NCBI GenBank assembly: GCA_963554175.1
Contig: CAUVQU010000002.1
Coordinates: 10,714 to 74,713 of the forward strand
Source: an uncultured Candidatus Saccharibacteria bacterium
GTDB lineage: Bacteria; Patescibacteriota; Saccharimonadia; Saccharimonadales; Saccharimonadaceae
DNA: 64,000 bases
Direction of reading: 5' to 3'
Below are positions 25,784-34,204 of this stretch, in pieces (the first letter of the stretch is position 1; every line of letters begins with the position of its first letter). The translations under genes and the position numbers were made by a program. Under the pieces are notes generated by a model. The model was not told the origin of the DNA. It worked only from the letters and a program-made list of their open reading frames with translations, and ran no database searches.

Positions 25784-28282
25784 ATGAGTCGAGGTATGGA
25801 ATTTGGCGGTGCTAATGTCGAGCAGGATAAAGAAGAAACGACAGATTGGCAGCAGGCGATGCAGGGGGTGAAGTTTCAGGGAGCAAAGACATTTAAATCT
25901 AGTGATAATGAGTTTTTAATTCCACCGACCCCAGAGGCAGAAACAAGTGAGGTTTTAAAGCATCCTGGAATACTCGGTACTTTTAAGAATTTTTTAGCAG
26001 AGAAATTTGGATCTAAAAAGGCGGGGACTGGGCTTTTTGGTCTGCTTGGAAAACAGGGGGCGAATTTATCTAGTCTATATGGAGCGAGTGTTGGCCAAGA
26101 AAAAATCAAGATTCCGGGAGTTGATGATGGTAATGGAGCGAACGAGGCTGCATCTGATGTAGCCGAGTCGATAAATGAGATTTTTCAGAACGATTACACA
26201 CACGAAGTGGTGGGTCAGACGGTGGATGAAGAACTAAGGCCTCCGATATGGGACGTAAAGAGGGTTAGTGAAAAACTTGGCTCAAATGAGGGCGGCTGGT
26301 TCGAGAAGCAGAATGGTGAAAAATATTATGTAAAATTTTATGAAAATCCAAATCAGGGGCGGGCGGAATTTATCGCCAATGCGATCTATGAAAAGGCTGG
26401 TATTAAGGCGGCGCATACTGAGAGAGTAATGATAGATGGACGGGAAGCAATTGCTTCGACGGCAGTTGAGGATGCGCGGCCAGTAGCGGCAGTAGATCAA
26501 GCGGCGAGTTTTGATGTGCAGAATGGGTTTGTGGCGGATGCGTTCTTGGCAAACTGGGATGTTGTAGGGGCGACATATGATAATATCGTGCAAAATCAAG
26601 ATGGTTTTTATCGGATCGATAATGGAGGCTCACTAATTTTTCGGGCGCAGGGTGGAGACAAAGAATTTAGTGCGAAGGAGATTCCTGAGCTCGAATCAAT
26701 GCGTGTACGGGGGCGGCAAACTGGGGAGGTTTTTAGTGGCATAACTGAAGAGGAGATTCAAAGACAGGCGCAAGAATTTGTACAGAAAGTACAGCCAGAA
26801 GATATTCTTTCGATTGTTAACCAATCAGGAATATCTGGGAAGGCGCGTGAGCGAGTGCTGCAGGGGCTTTTGGGACGAAGAGAGTATTTGGTTAATAAAT
26901 ATACCGATGAAAATGACAAAAGAGAAACTGCGAAGCTGCGTCGACGAGTATCAGTAAGTGAGGCATTGCAGGGATTAAAAAATCAGGAGTTGGAGAAGTC
27001 TTATGAGGGGGTGCTACGGATGAGGACTGAGGTGATTTGCGATCGTGATCATATTGAAGGGCAACGGATTGATATTATTGATAAGTCGGATGTGGGGTTA
27101 ACAGAGGTAAGATTGAAGGTACGAGATCATAGTAGCTTGATTGCTGCATTGAAGCGAAAATATCTTGAGCTCGAAGATCGTAAACAAGAGTTGAATTTAG
27201 CAGAGAGTGAAACGAAGGGAGCGGATGAGAAGATATATGTGGACAAATTTGTTTATGAAGGAGTAAACAATAAGAGGCCGCAAGAACTTTGTCAGGCTTT
27301 TGTGCTGCAAAAAGGTGATATTAAGGTTTATATCGCTGACCCCACAAAGCGCGCAAGAGGACGGCTGACGACGATCTATACGAATAATAACCAGAGCGGT
27401 TTAGTGCGAAGCGCACTGGGTTTGGTAAAAATTGAAATGCCGGCTGGAATGGATCCGATAGAAATTGAGCAGACAGTTGATGAGATTTTAGAAAAAGATC
27501 TTGGGATAAATAATGCACTTTCCGAGGTAACTGAGGAAGCGGCGCAAGAATATAAGGAATCACGTTTGAAGTGGCAGTATAAGATCGAGGGAGAGTTGTC
27601 TGTCGAGGAGAAAGAACGTGCAGAGAGACTTGAGCGAAAAGAGGTCTTCCCTGGCTATTCAACCTTAGTGGAGGAAGGCAAGCATCTTGAATATTTAGAG
27701 AAATATGGTGATGATCTGAGAGCGATACATAATATGGGTATAGCGTCGGCCGAAGATGTGAAGATGGTCTTCACGCAAGGGTTGATGTGCACCACGGAGC
27801 GTTTTTCTCGAGGTTTGATGCGAGGCGGACTTTCTTCGGTGAGAGATATGGACTCTGGGGGAGCGGATAATGTGTTTACGCGGATTATGGGAAAGGAAAA
27901 ACGAGCGGAGCTGGGAGGGGTTGTATTGATTTTGAAGCCTGAGATTTTCGATCGCACGGATTGGTATAGTTATTCCTCTGATACTTATGGGTCGACTGAT
28001 CGAAGTGAGTTCAAAAAACGTATGTCGCCTGATGAAGTATTTGATTTTGTGGCAAATAGTGGAGATTATATAAGAAATAATGAGCAGATGTTTCGGATGG
28101 GGATTGGGGCAGAATATATTGAGGGGGTGGAGGTGGATGCTCAATTTAGGGAGGAGATGATTGAGAAGTTACATGCAAGGGGGCTGCACGAGTTGAATGG
28201 AAAGAAGATTGAAGAGGTGATTGTGGCGCGGGAACCAGTGGCACTGAGAAGTGCAGTAGCGGAGACTTTGAGTCATGAATAG
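25784..28282 (+). CDS. Large protein with protein-kinase-like motifs and a conserved C-terminal domain (module copy A)
   Basis: 832 aa. Motifs: LGSNEGGWF (Gly-rich), YYVKFY (Lys), AEFIANAIY (Glu), DAFLANWDVVG..YDNIV, YRIDNGGSLIFRAQGG. C-terminal block: QGLMCTTERFSRGLMRGGLSS..DMDSGGADNVFTRI...NNEQMFRMGIGA. Colinear paralog at 43822..46665. Confidence 0.8.
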   Translation: MSRGMEFGGANVEQDKEETTDWQQAMQGVKFQGAKTFKSSDNEFLIPPTPEAETSEVLKHPGILGTFKNFLAEKFGSKKAGTGLFGLLGKQGANLSSLYGASVGQEKIKIPGVDDGNGANEAASDVAESINEIFQNDYTHEVVGQTVDEELRPPIWDVKRVSEKLGSNEGGWFEKQNGEKYYVKFYENPNQGRAEFIANAIYEKAGIKAAHTERVMIDGREAIASTAVEDARPVAAVDQAASFDVQNGFVADAFLANWDVVGATYDNIVQNQDGFYRIDNGGSLIFRAQGGDKEFSAKEIPELESMRVRGRQTGEVFSGITEEEIQRQAQEFVQKVQPEDILSIVNQSGISGKARERVLQGLLGRREYLVNKYTDENDKRETAKLRRRVSVSEALQGLKNQELEKSYEGVLRMRTEVICDRDHIEGQRIDIIDKSDVGLTEVRLKVRDHSSLIAALKRKYLELEDRKQELNLAESETKGADEKIYVDKFVYEGVNNKRPQELCQAFVLQKGDIKVYIADPTKRARGRLTTIYTNNNQSGLVRSALGLVKIEMPAGMDPIEIEQTVDEILEKDLGINNALSEVTEEAAQEYKESRLKWQYKIEGELSVEEKERAERLERKEVFPGYSTLVEEGKHLEYLEKYGDDLRAIHNMGIASAEDVKMVFTQGLMCTTERFSRGLMRGGLSSVRDMDSGGADNVFTRIMGKEKRAELGGVVLILKPEIFDRTDWYSYSSDTYGSTDRSEFKKRMSPDEVFDFVANSGDYIRNNEQMFRMGIGAEYIEGVEVDAQFREEMIEKLHARGLHELNGKKIEEVIVAREPVALRSAVAETLSHE

Positions 28283-28712
28283 AGATTTTGAGGAGCAGGT
28301 ATATTATGTCGAATCGGACCAGGATGAGTCGGTACTCGTGGCGGTGGGGTTAAAGATTCAGAGGAGTTCTCGTGATGGTGAGAATGTGGCTGGGGGTGTT
28401 GGCGGAGGTATTGGCAGTCACGAGAATGGATACAAACATGAGAATGGGAATCTGGGGGATGGCGGGGTATATTTTTTGGAGTGGTTTGACACTGTCTATT
28501 GGCGACGAATGACTGCGAGTGAGGTGTGGATGAAGAATGGTGAACTGTTTTTTAAAAGGATTGAGCCTGAAGGGGGTGGAATGTATCATTTTACGCCAAT
28601 GACTGTTGCGACCTATAATCAATTTGTGCGTGATGAATTGTTTGAGGCAAAAGATTTTATAGATGACGAAGAGGTGCGGCTGGCCTTTTTAAGGATGATA
28701 AAGAGAGTATAA
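28275..28712 (+). CDS. Small partner protein of module A (immunity/antidote-like?)
   Basis: 145 aa. ATG overlaps the upstream stop (ATGAATAG). VYYVESDQDESVLVAVG...RRMTASEVWMKNGELFFKRIEPEGGGMYHFTPM is homologous to 46697..47137. Confidence 0.75.
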   Translation: MNRDFEEQVYYVESDQDESVLVAVGLKIQRSSRDGENVAGGVGGGIGSHENGYKHENGNLGDGGVYFLEWFDTVYWRRMTASEVWMKNGELFFKRIEPEGGGMYHFTPMTVATYNQFVRDELFEAKDFIDDEEVRLAFLRMIKRV

Positions 28713-28736
28713 AGAAGGTGTTATAATAATAGTAAT

Positions 28737-29051
28737 ATGGACGAAAATGAGAAAATGATCAGATTGGCAACTGAGGTAAAGGACGAGAATAATAATAGTC
28801 TTGAGGCGGTAGATAAGGAGAGCGATGAAACCCTCGAGGAGACATTTTCTGGTAAGGATGAGAGATGTGCTAGGGGTGCGGACGGCAGGGAGACTGGTCA
28901 TTGTGAAGAGGATGTGAGCTTAAAGAATGAAACTACGACCCCTCAGACGAACTGGTTCTTAAATGGTGTGGTTGCGGTAGTGGCTATTGCGGCGGCAATA
29001 TTGCTGAGATATCTAAAATTTAAGATGAGAGATAAGATTAATAAGGCGTAA
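28737..29051 (+). CDS. Acidic tail-anchored membrane protein
   Basis: 104 aa. C-terminal TM WFLNGVVAVVAIAAAILLRYL. TGTTATAAT at 28719-28727 lies just upstream. Confidence 0.5.
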   Translation: MDENEKMIRLATEVKDENNNSLEAVDKESDETLEETFSGKDERCARGADGRETGHCEEDVSLKNETTTPQTNWFLNGVVAVVAIAAAILLRYLKFKMRDKINKA

Positions 29052-29192
29052 GTGGTATTTTATAAAAACGTCGAAGTAATTTGACGTTTTTTTGATGAAT
29101 ATATGTTCTGAGTTTTTGAAAAATAAACAATGTTTTTTAGATAGTTACTTAAGGTTTATGCTTGCTTTTACTAGGAAATATTATAAAAAGTA

Positions 29193-29221
29193 TTGACAAA
29201 AAAGAATGTATATGTTATTAT
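29193..29221 (+). promoter_or_regulatory. Promoter of the 29463 gene
   Basis: TTGACA 29193-29198, 17-nt spacer ending in TGT, TATTAT 29216-29221. About 235-nt leader. Confidence 0.55.
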
Positions 29222-29462
29222 ATGACCATAAGCTTGAGAACGGCAAAAGAACCGGACAAAAGCTTAAGAACGTTAAGACCAATATGAAGATGTAAATCCT
29301 TAATCACAAGGTGGGATGAGTGAATATAATACAGTAGTAAAACTATTGAGCATATTATATTCAGCCACCCTACCTTGCGAAAAAAGAGCTTGGTGTCAGG
29401 GCGGTATCCGACCGATTCGGAAAATTTCCAGAGCGGCAGAGACCGCTAGAAAGGAGCCTATC

Positions 29463-29798
29463 ATGGCTACAATTAAGAATTTGACACCTCATACAATCAA
29501 CATCTGCGCTGAGGACGGAACTATTGTGAAGTCCTACGAGAGCGAGGGCATTGCCCGCGCTAAGCAGACTGCAGAGCATATAGGCGAGATCGACGGAGTG
29601 GAGCTTGTCTCCATGAAGTTTGGTGAACCAGAGGATCTGCCAGAGTTTGAGGAAGGAGTTTACTACGTGGTTAGTATAATCACTGCAAACGCTGCTAAGG
29701 CAGTTGGGCGCAGGGTTGACGATTTACTAATTACAAGTGATCCTGTCCGTGACGCTGATGGTCGTATAGCTGGCTGCAAGAGGTTTGCCCTCGTCTAA
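29463..29798 (+). CDS. Hypothetical protein (111 aa), GC-rich
   Basis: ATG 29463 (MATIKNLTPHTINI) follows AAAGGAG. The longer track ORF from 29316 has no RBS and runs through leader hairpins. Confidence 0.65.
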   Translation: MATIKNLTPHTINICAEDGTIVKSYESEGIARAKQTAEHIGEIDGVELVSMKFGEPEDLPEFEEGVYYVVSIITANAAKAVGRRVDDLLITSDPVRDADGRIAGCKRFALV

Positions 29799-29942
29799 GC
29801 AGCTCAGCAACTGAGCATCTCCTACGGAAAGCGTAATAATAGAAATTTTAAGGTTCGCCCTTAATTCTAGCGGACAATCCGCAATAAACGCTGACCAAAA
29901 AAGAGCTCTGCTCCCCCCCTACAACTAAATATTGGTATTTTT

Positions 29943-29972
29943 GCCTGGACGAATGTCCAGGCTTTTCTTTTT
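29943..29972 (+). terminator. Intrinsic terminator
   Basis: gcctggac gaat gtccaggc ttttcttttt. Confidence 0.8.
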
Positions 29973-30032
29973 ATTAAAAGTGGTTTCTGTGTTATATTTG
30001 AAACAGGTAATACTTAATAAGGATAAATTAAG

Positions 30033-31529
30033 ATGGATAAAACTTTTCCAGGAGCGGATTTTGTACGATCGTCTCAAGATGAGAAGCCTATTCAGGAATA
30101 TAATGAAAAGATAGATGTGGATAAGGCTCCTCTCTCAGCTAATCCAGCTTATAATCTTGGAAAAATCACTATAGAGTCAATGAATTTTGAGGATTTGACT
30201 CCTGAGTCATCGATGGATGAGGCGGAAAAGGAATCTTCGGAAGAGCTGGTAAATGAAAAAATACCAGTCATGGATACGGCTGAGAGGTTAGCTGCAAGAC
30301 AGGAAAAGTTGAAAAAAGGTATAAAAATCGTAATTGGCGGACCTCCACATTCGGGAAAGTCGGTGTTCATTGAGGCTCTAACCCAAAATCTTGATAAAGA
30401 TAATACTTTTTCGTTTAGTGCAGCACCAGATGGCGAGGGGCCTTGGTTGCAGCGACATTATGATGATCCTGATGTGGTAAAATTGCGACAAAAAGGAAAA
30501 TTCACTCCAGAATATGTGGCTGATCGCAAAAAGAAGATCAATGATTGGGAAGGACCACTGATGATTATTGATGTGGGTGGTCGAACAAGTGAGGAGAATG
30601 CACAGATGATTGAGGGGGCGACACATGCAATTATCCTTGCTGGTGATCTTTCTAAGGTTGCGGAATGGCGTGATTTCTTTGAAGAAAACAATATTGAAGT
30701 TATTGCAAAACTGCATAGTCATTATCAGGGTAAAAAAGATATTCAGCGACCAGTGGAAAGCGGAGAAAACCATATAGTTAGCTCTGTACATTATCTCGAA
30801 AGGGGGGAGCCGGCTGCTGATCGTGAGACCATTAATCAGGTAGCGGGTTTGATTACTGGCATGGTTGAGGGGAATGTGGCTTATAAGCAGGCTCACGAGG
30901 GCGAAAATGCTAATCCATTTGAATTATCGATTTCAGATGTGTTTAAGGACTTACCAAGTGAAACTATCGAGAGAACCATAAATACCCTCGATGGGCAGCA
31001 GAAGATAATACAGAATAGGCAAATATTGCGTTCGGCGATTCCTCAAATTTATGAGAAAGCGCTTAGTTATGATGCGCAGCCGGCGTGGTTGAGCGGACCA
31101 GTTAATTCTTGGGAGGCCATTGCGTTAGCTATGGCATTTGAGGAGGCCGGTAGCACGGATGTTCGTTTGCGAAGTCCGGACGGATTTGTCTCGGTAAAGA
31201 GTTTACCTGAAGCTGAGGAGTTGGATACGAAATGGTGGATGGAACCAAGGCAGCAGGGTGAGATGGATGGTAAGCCAATTTATGTAGTGCATAATACTGC
31301 ACACGTGTCTAATAATCCAATTTCTCCAGCCGATCTCGAATCAATGACAGTACCGAAACTGCCAGAGGATGCAATTGTAGTTATTTCTACGCAAGGTCCA
31401 AACTGGTTGAAAGCATCTATTGCTGCAGGTTACCGAGGTAAAGTGGCTGGGATTGCTGCTTTTCAACCTGGTGAAGGTTCAACTATAGCTTGGGCTGCAG
31501 ATAAGAATAATCTTGGAAAAATTATATAA
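30033..31529 (+). CDS. P-loop NTPase with a C-terminal domain possibly related to Csx3
   Basis: Walker A VIGGPPHSGKSVF and Walker B-like LMIIDVGG. The C-terminal AWLSGPVNSWEAIALAMAFEEAGSTDVRLRSPDGFVSV resembles, from memory, the Csx3 core ISGRGPIWLHCFLAHKY..VAVYDPRLGAVVV. Confidence 0.6.
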   Translation: MDKTFPGADFVRSSQDEKPIQEYNEKIDVDKAPLSANPAYNLGKITIESMNFEDLTPESSMDEAEKESSEELVNEKIPVMDTAERLAARQEKLKKGIKIVIGGPPHSGKSVFIEALTQNLDKDNTFSFSAAPDGEGPWLQRHYDDPDVVKLRQKGKFTPEYVADRKKKINDWEGPLMIIDVGGRTSEENAQMIEGATHAIILAGDLSKVAEWRDFFEENNIEVIAKLHSHYQGKKDIQRPVESGENHIVSSVHYLERGEPAADRETINQVAGLITGMVEGNVAYKQAHEGENANPFELSISDVFKDLPSETIERTINTLDGQQKIIQNRQILRSAIPQIYEKALSYDAQPAWLSGPVNSWEAIALAMAFEEAGSTDVRLRSPDGFVSVKSLPEAEELDTKWWMEPRQQGEMDGKPIYVVHNTAHVSNNPISPADLESMTVPKLPEDAIVVISTQGPNWLKASIAAGYRGKVAGIAAFQPGEGSTIAWAADKNNLGKII

Positions 31530-31559
31530 CTAAGAATTAAAATATTTATTATGTTTTGG

Positions 31560-31595
31560 ATACTGCGGTCATTAACTTGTCGCAGTATTTTTATT
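31560..31595 (+). terminator. Intrinsic terminator
   Basis: atactgcg (31560-31567) / cgcagtat (31581-31588) plus ttttatt. Confidence 0.65.
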
Positions 31596-31716
31596 GAGTT
31601 CTTTTCATATTTATTGGAAGAACTGCACTCTTAATGCTTAGCTTGAACTTTATATGATTATATTGTATAATATTTATGTATTTATAAACAAATTGGACAT
31701 TAAAAAGGAGGGGTAT

Positions 31717-32655
31717 ATGATAAATATTCATAAGTTTTATAGTGAGAAAGTAAATTCGATCACACATGTGGCACCGCATCATGCCGATGAGGTATTTGCA
31801 ACGGCTATGTTGTCTATATTATTCCCTGTCGAGCTTCTGAGGACGCGCGACCAGGAGATTATAGAAAATACAAAAGCCATTGTTTATGATGTCGGTGGCG
31901 AATTTGATCCTTTCAGAAAACGTTTCGATCATCACCAGAAGAGTTTCTCTGAAATACGTGATGATGGAATTAGCTACTCATCGGCAGGGCTAATTTGGCG
32001 TGAGTATGGTGCATCGATTGTAAAATCGATGGCTAAAACTAGGCCAATCGATGATGTGATGACTGCAGAGGTAGTTTCCTTAGTCGACGAAGCGCTGATT
32101 CGAGGTATCGATGCGAGAGATAATGGACAAGGAGAGAAGGAGGATTCAATGTCTGTATCCTCGGTGATTTCCGCCTGCAATTCCCTTTGGGATGAGAATG
32201 AAGATGCTGACATGTGTTTTTTAAGAGCATGTGATTTAGCGATCGCAATTCTTGTGCGTGAAATTAAAGTGGCGATTTCGACTATTCGTGGCCGCAAGTT
32301 GGTAGCAGATAAGATTAAGACTGTCGATGGACCTATTTTGGTAATAGATCAGTTTATCGGCGGTTGGCTTGAAGAAGTTCTTAATACCGACAGTCCGAAA
32401 GCTGCAAGTTTGTTGTTCGCAGTTTTTCCTGCTACAAACGGAGACTGGAATATACAGGCAATCCCTCCATCAAAAGAAGATATGATGGGGCAAAGAAAAC
32501 CATTTCCAGATGCCTGGCGTGGGCTGAAAGATGAAGAGCTTATAGAGTCTTCTGGAGTAGGCACGGCTGTATTCTGCCATAAGGCTGGATTCTTTGCAGT
32601 TGCTAAAACCAAGGAGGATGCTATTAGGCTTGCTGAAAAGGCAGTCAATAGCTGA
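31717..32655 (+). CDS. MYG1 / UPF0160 family metal-dependent hydrolase, paralog 2
   Basis: APHHADEVFATAML, KRFDHHQ, RGIDARDNG. ATG 31717 follows AAGGAGGGG. Colinear with 17184..18146. Confidence 0.75.
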   Translation: MINIHKFYSEKVNSITHVAPHHADEVFATAMLSILFPVELLRTRDQEIIENTKAIVYDVGGEFDPFRKRFDHHQKSFSEIRDDGISYSSAGLIWREYGASIVKSMAKTRPIDDVMTAEVVSLVDEALIRGIDARDNGQGEKEDSMSVSSVISACNSLWDENEDADMCFLRACDLAIAILVREIKVAISTIRGRKLVADKIKTVDGPILVIDQFIGGWLEEVLNTDSPKAASLLFAVFPATNGDWNIQAIPPSKEDMMGQRKPFPDAWRGLKDEELIESSGVGTAVFCHKAGFFAVAKTKEDAIRLAEKAVNS

Positions 32656-32680
32656 TTCTTAGATCTTGTTAGCATCTTAA

Positions 32681-32708
32681 ACGGTCAGAATATTCTGGCC
32701 GTTTTTTA
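32681..32708. terminator. Bidirectional intrinsic terminator
   Basis: acggtcag aatatt ctggccgt tttttt. Confidence 0.65.
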
Positions 32709-32763
32709 ATGTAATGAATAAGTTTGACTAATAAATGATTCTAAACTTTTAATCAAAGCTCAG

Positions 32764-33687
32764 CTAGTTTTCTTGACGTTTTAGGCTTTGATTCAATATA
32801 TTGTAGTAGCATTCATCCGTATAGCCGTTTACTTTTATTTTACGAAATTTGTTAAGTGCAGTATTGAAATTACTAATAAAATCTTCACCTTCTTTTAAGT
32901 TAATGAGTTTATTTAATGCGTGGGCAGATGCGAGTCGAACCGCATCACAGGTCTGTATGGCACGATTAATAATCTCATCTTTGCCGCTAACTTCATTACG
33001 TAGTTTGTTGGCTAGGTTATGTGACTGTATGAATAAGCTAGATAGAATATTGAACTGCAGGTCAGGGTCGGGGGTATGGTAAACTGAACCTTCTTCATCC
33101 AGGTGAAAATTATCAAGATATTTTTGGTGACCAACGAAGAGGGGGCTTGCGCCTAGAATAAACCTAGGCACACCCTTCATGCATGCCACATAACTGTTAT
33201 CTTTGTAAAATTTAATAAAAGAACATCCTGACGGAATATCGCCTCTCGTATGGTCTCCACGAGCAAATTTCTTACTGACGGCGTCAGGCAAAGTGGCGGT
33301 ACATATATCTATGCCAAATACATGAGGAGCTTTGTTGATATCATCGCTAAGTTTACAGATGATATCGATACCATTAAGATGATCGTCGTATTCGGAGGCA
33401 AGACTTGCGCGGCAACCAGGCAATGTTTCTCCATGGTTGAGTGCGTAGGTAAATTCCCACTCGGCAAGTTTACCTGCTTCGTCACTGGAATCACGTTCAA
33501 ATCTAAGCTTATCGCTTAATTCTTCATTAGCCTTATCTATATATTCTTTGTTATAATAGCGCTTTCCAATAAAGTCGATTAACCGAGGCCTGTCGGCTTC
33601 TACCGCCTTTTCGATGGCTATTATTTTTTTCTCATTTTCAGTATAGTACTCATTACTATGCGGTGGATTATTTATCTTCTCCGTCAT
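32764..33687 (-). CDS. Hypothetical protein (307 aa)
   Basis: Start chosen at ATG 33687 (MTEKINNPP), 6 nt after a minus-strand TATAAT (33699-33694). A hairpin plus T-run lies between it and the upstream gene. Confidence 0.55.
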   Translation of the reverse strand: MTEKINNPPHSNEYYTENEKKIIAIEKAVEADRPRLIDFIGKRYYNKEYIDKANEELSDKLRFERDSSDEAGKLAEWEFTYALNHGETLPGCRASLASEYDDHLNGIDIICKLSDDINKAPHVFGIDICTATLPDAVSKKFARGDHTRGDIPSGCSFIKFYKDNSYVACMKGVPRFILGASPLFVGHQKYLDNFHLDEEGSVYHTPDPDLQFNILSSLFIQSHNLANKLRNEVSGKDEIINRAIQTCDAVRLASAHALNKLINLKEGEDFISNFNTALNKFRKIKVNGYTDECYYNILNQSLKRQEN

Positions 33688-33741
33688 ATGCAGATTATAA
33701 CACAAGAAAAAATAGGCCCCACCTAAATGTGGAGCCATGAC

Positions 33742-34077
33742 TTAAAAAGTGATTGGTGCTAAATTGTCGAAATATTCAAGAAAAAGATTCTTAATATACT
33801 CGACGTCCCCCCTGCCCATGATGATGGGATTTAATCTGATTACAATCTCACCATACTGGAGCCTATCTAGATCAGGCTTGCTGATCCCAGCTCTCAGCGA
33901 CAAATGGGTTATTAAGGTTGTAATATCAATTTTTTTGATATTGAACCTGCTGGGATTAAAGAAAAATCTCAGCTCAAAGTCACCAACCTCTCTTATAAGG
34001 AGAGGGGATTCTTTAGGTGGTAGAGGATCATCTTCAGTATAATCACTACACACCTCAAAGATCAAATCGTCATGCAT
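33742..34077 (-). CDS. Hypothetical protein (111 aa)
   Basis: ORF with a plausible acidic N-terminus. No motif recognised. Confidence 0.5.
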   Translation of the reverse strand: MHDDLIFEVCSDYTEDDPLPPKESPLLIREVGDFELRFFFNPSRFNIKKIDITTLITHLSLRAGISKPDLDRLQYGEIVIRLNPIIMGRGDVEYIKNLFLEYFDNLAPITF

Positions 34078-34204
34078 GCTATCACCTCCTCTATGGTGGA
34101 CGATATTGTTATATTATAGCATGGAATATTATTTTGTCAAGATTAAACGAAATGAGAATCAAAAATAGAAATTATAACCAAAGTTTTTATGCTATAGTTA
34201 AAAT

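Noticed and set aside
27695-28144. 149-aa and other minus-strand ORFs inside kinase-like gene A (also 26282..26633, 27321..27957)
   Set aside because: They are antisense shadows. The plus-strand frame is conserved with the paralog at 43.8-46.7 kb.
29932-30114. 60-aa ORF MVFLPGRMSRLFF
   Set aside because: It starts inside the terminator hairpin at 29943-29962 and overlaps the start of the 30033 gene.
30378-30896. 172-aa minus-strand ORF
   Set aside because: It is antisense to the P-loop gene, which has Walker motifs, and it has no expression signals.
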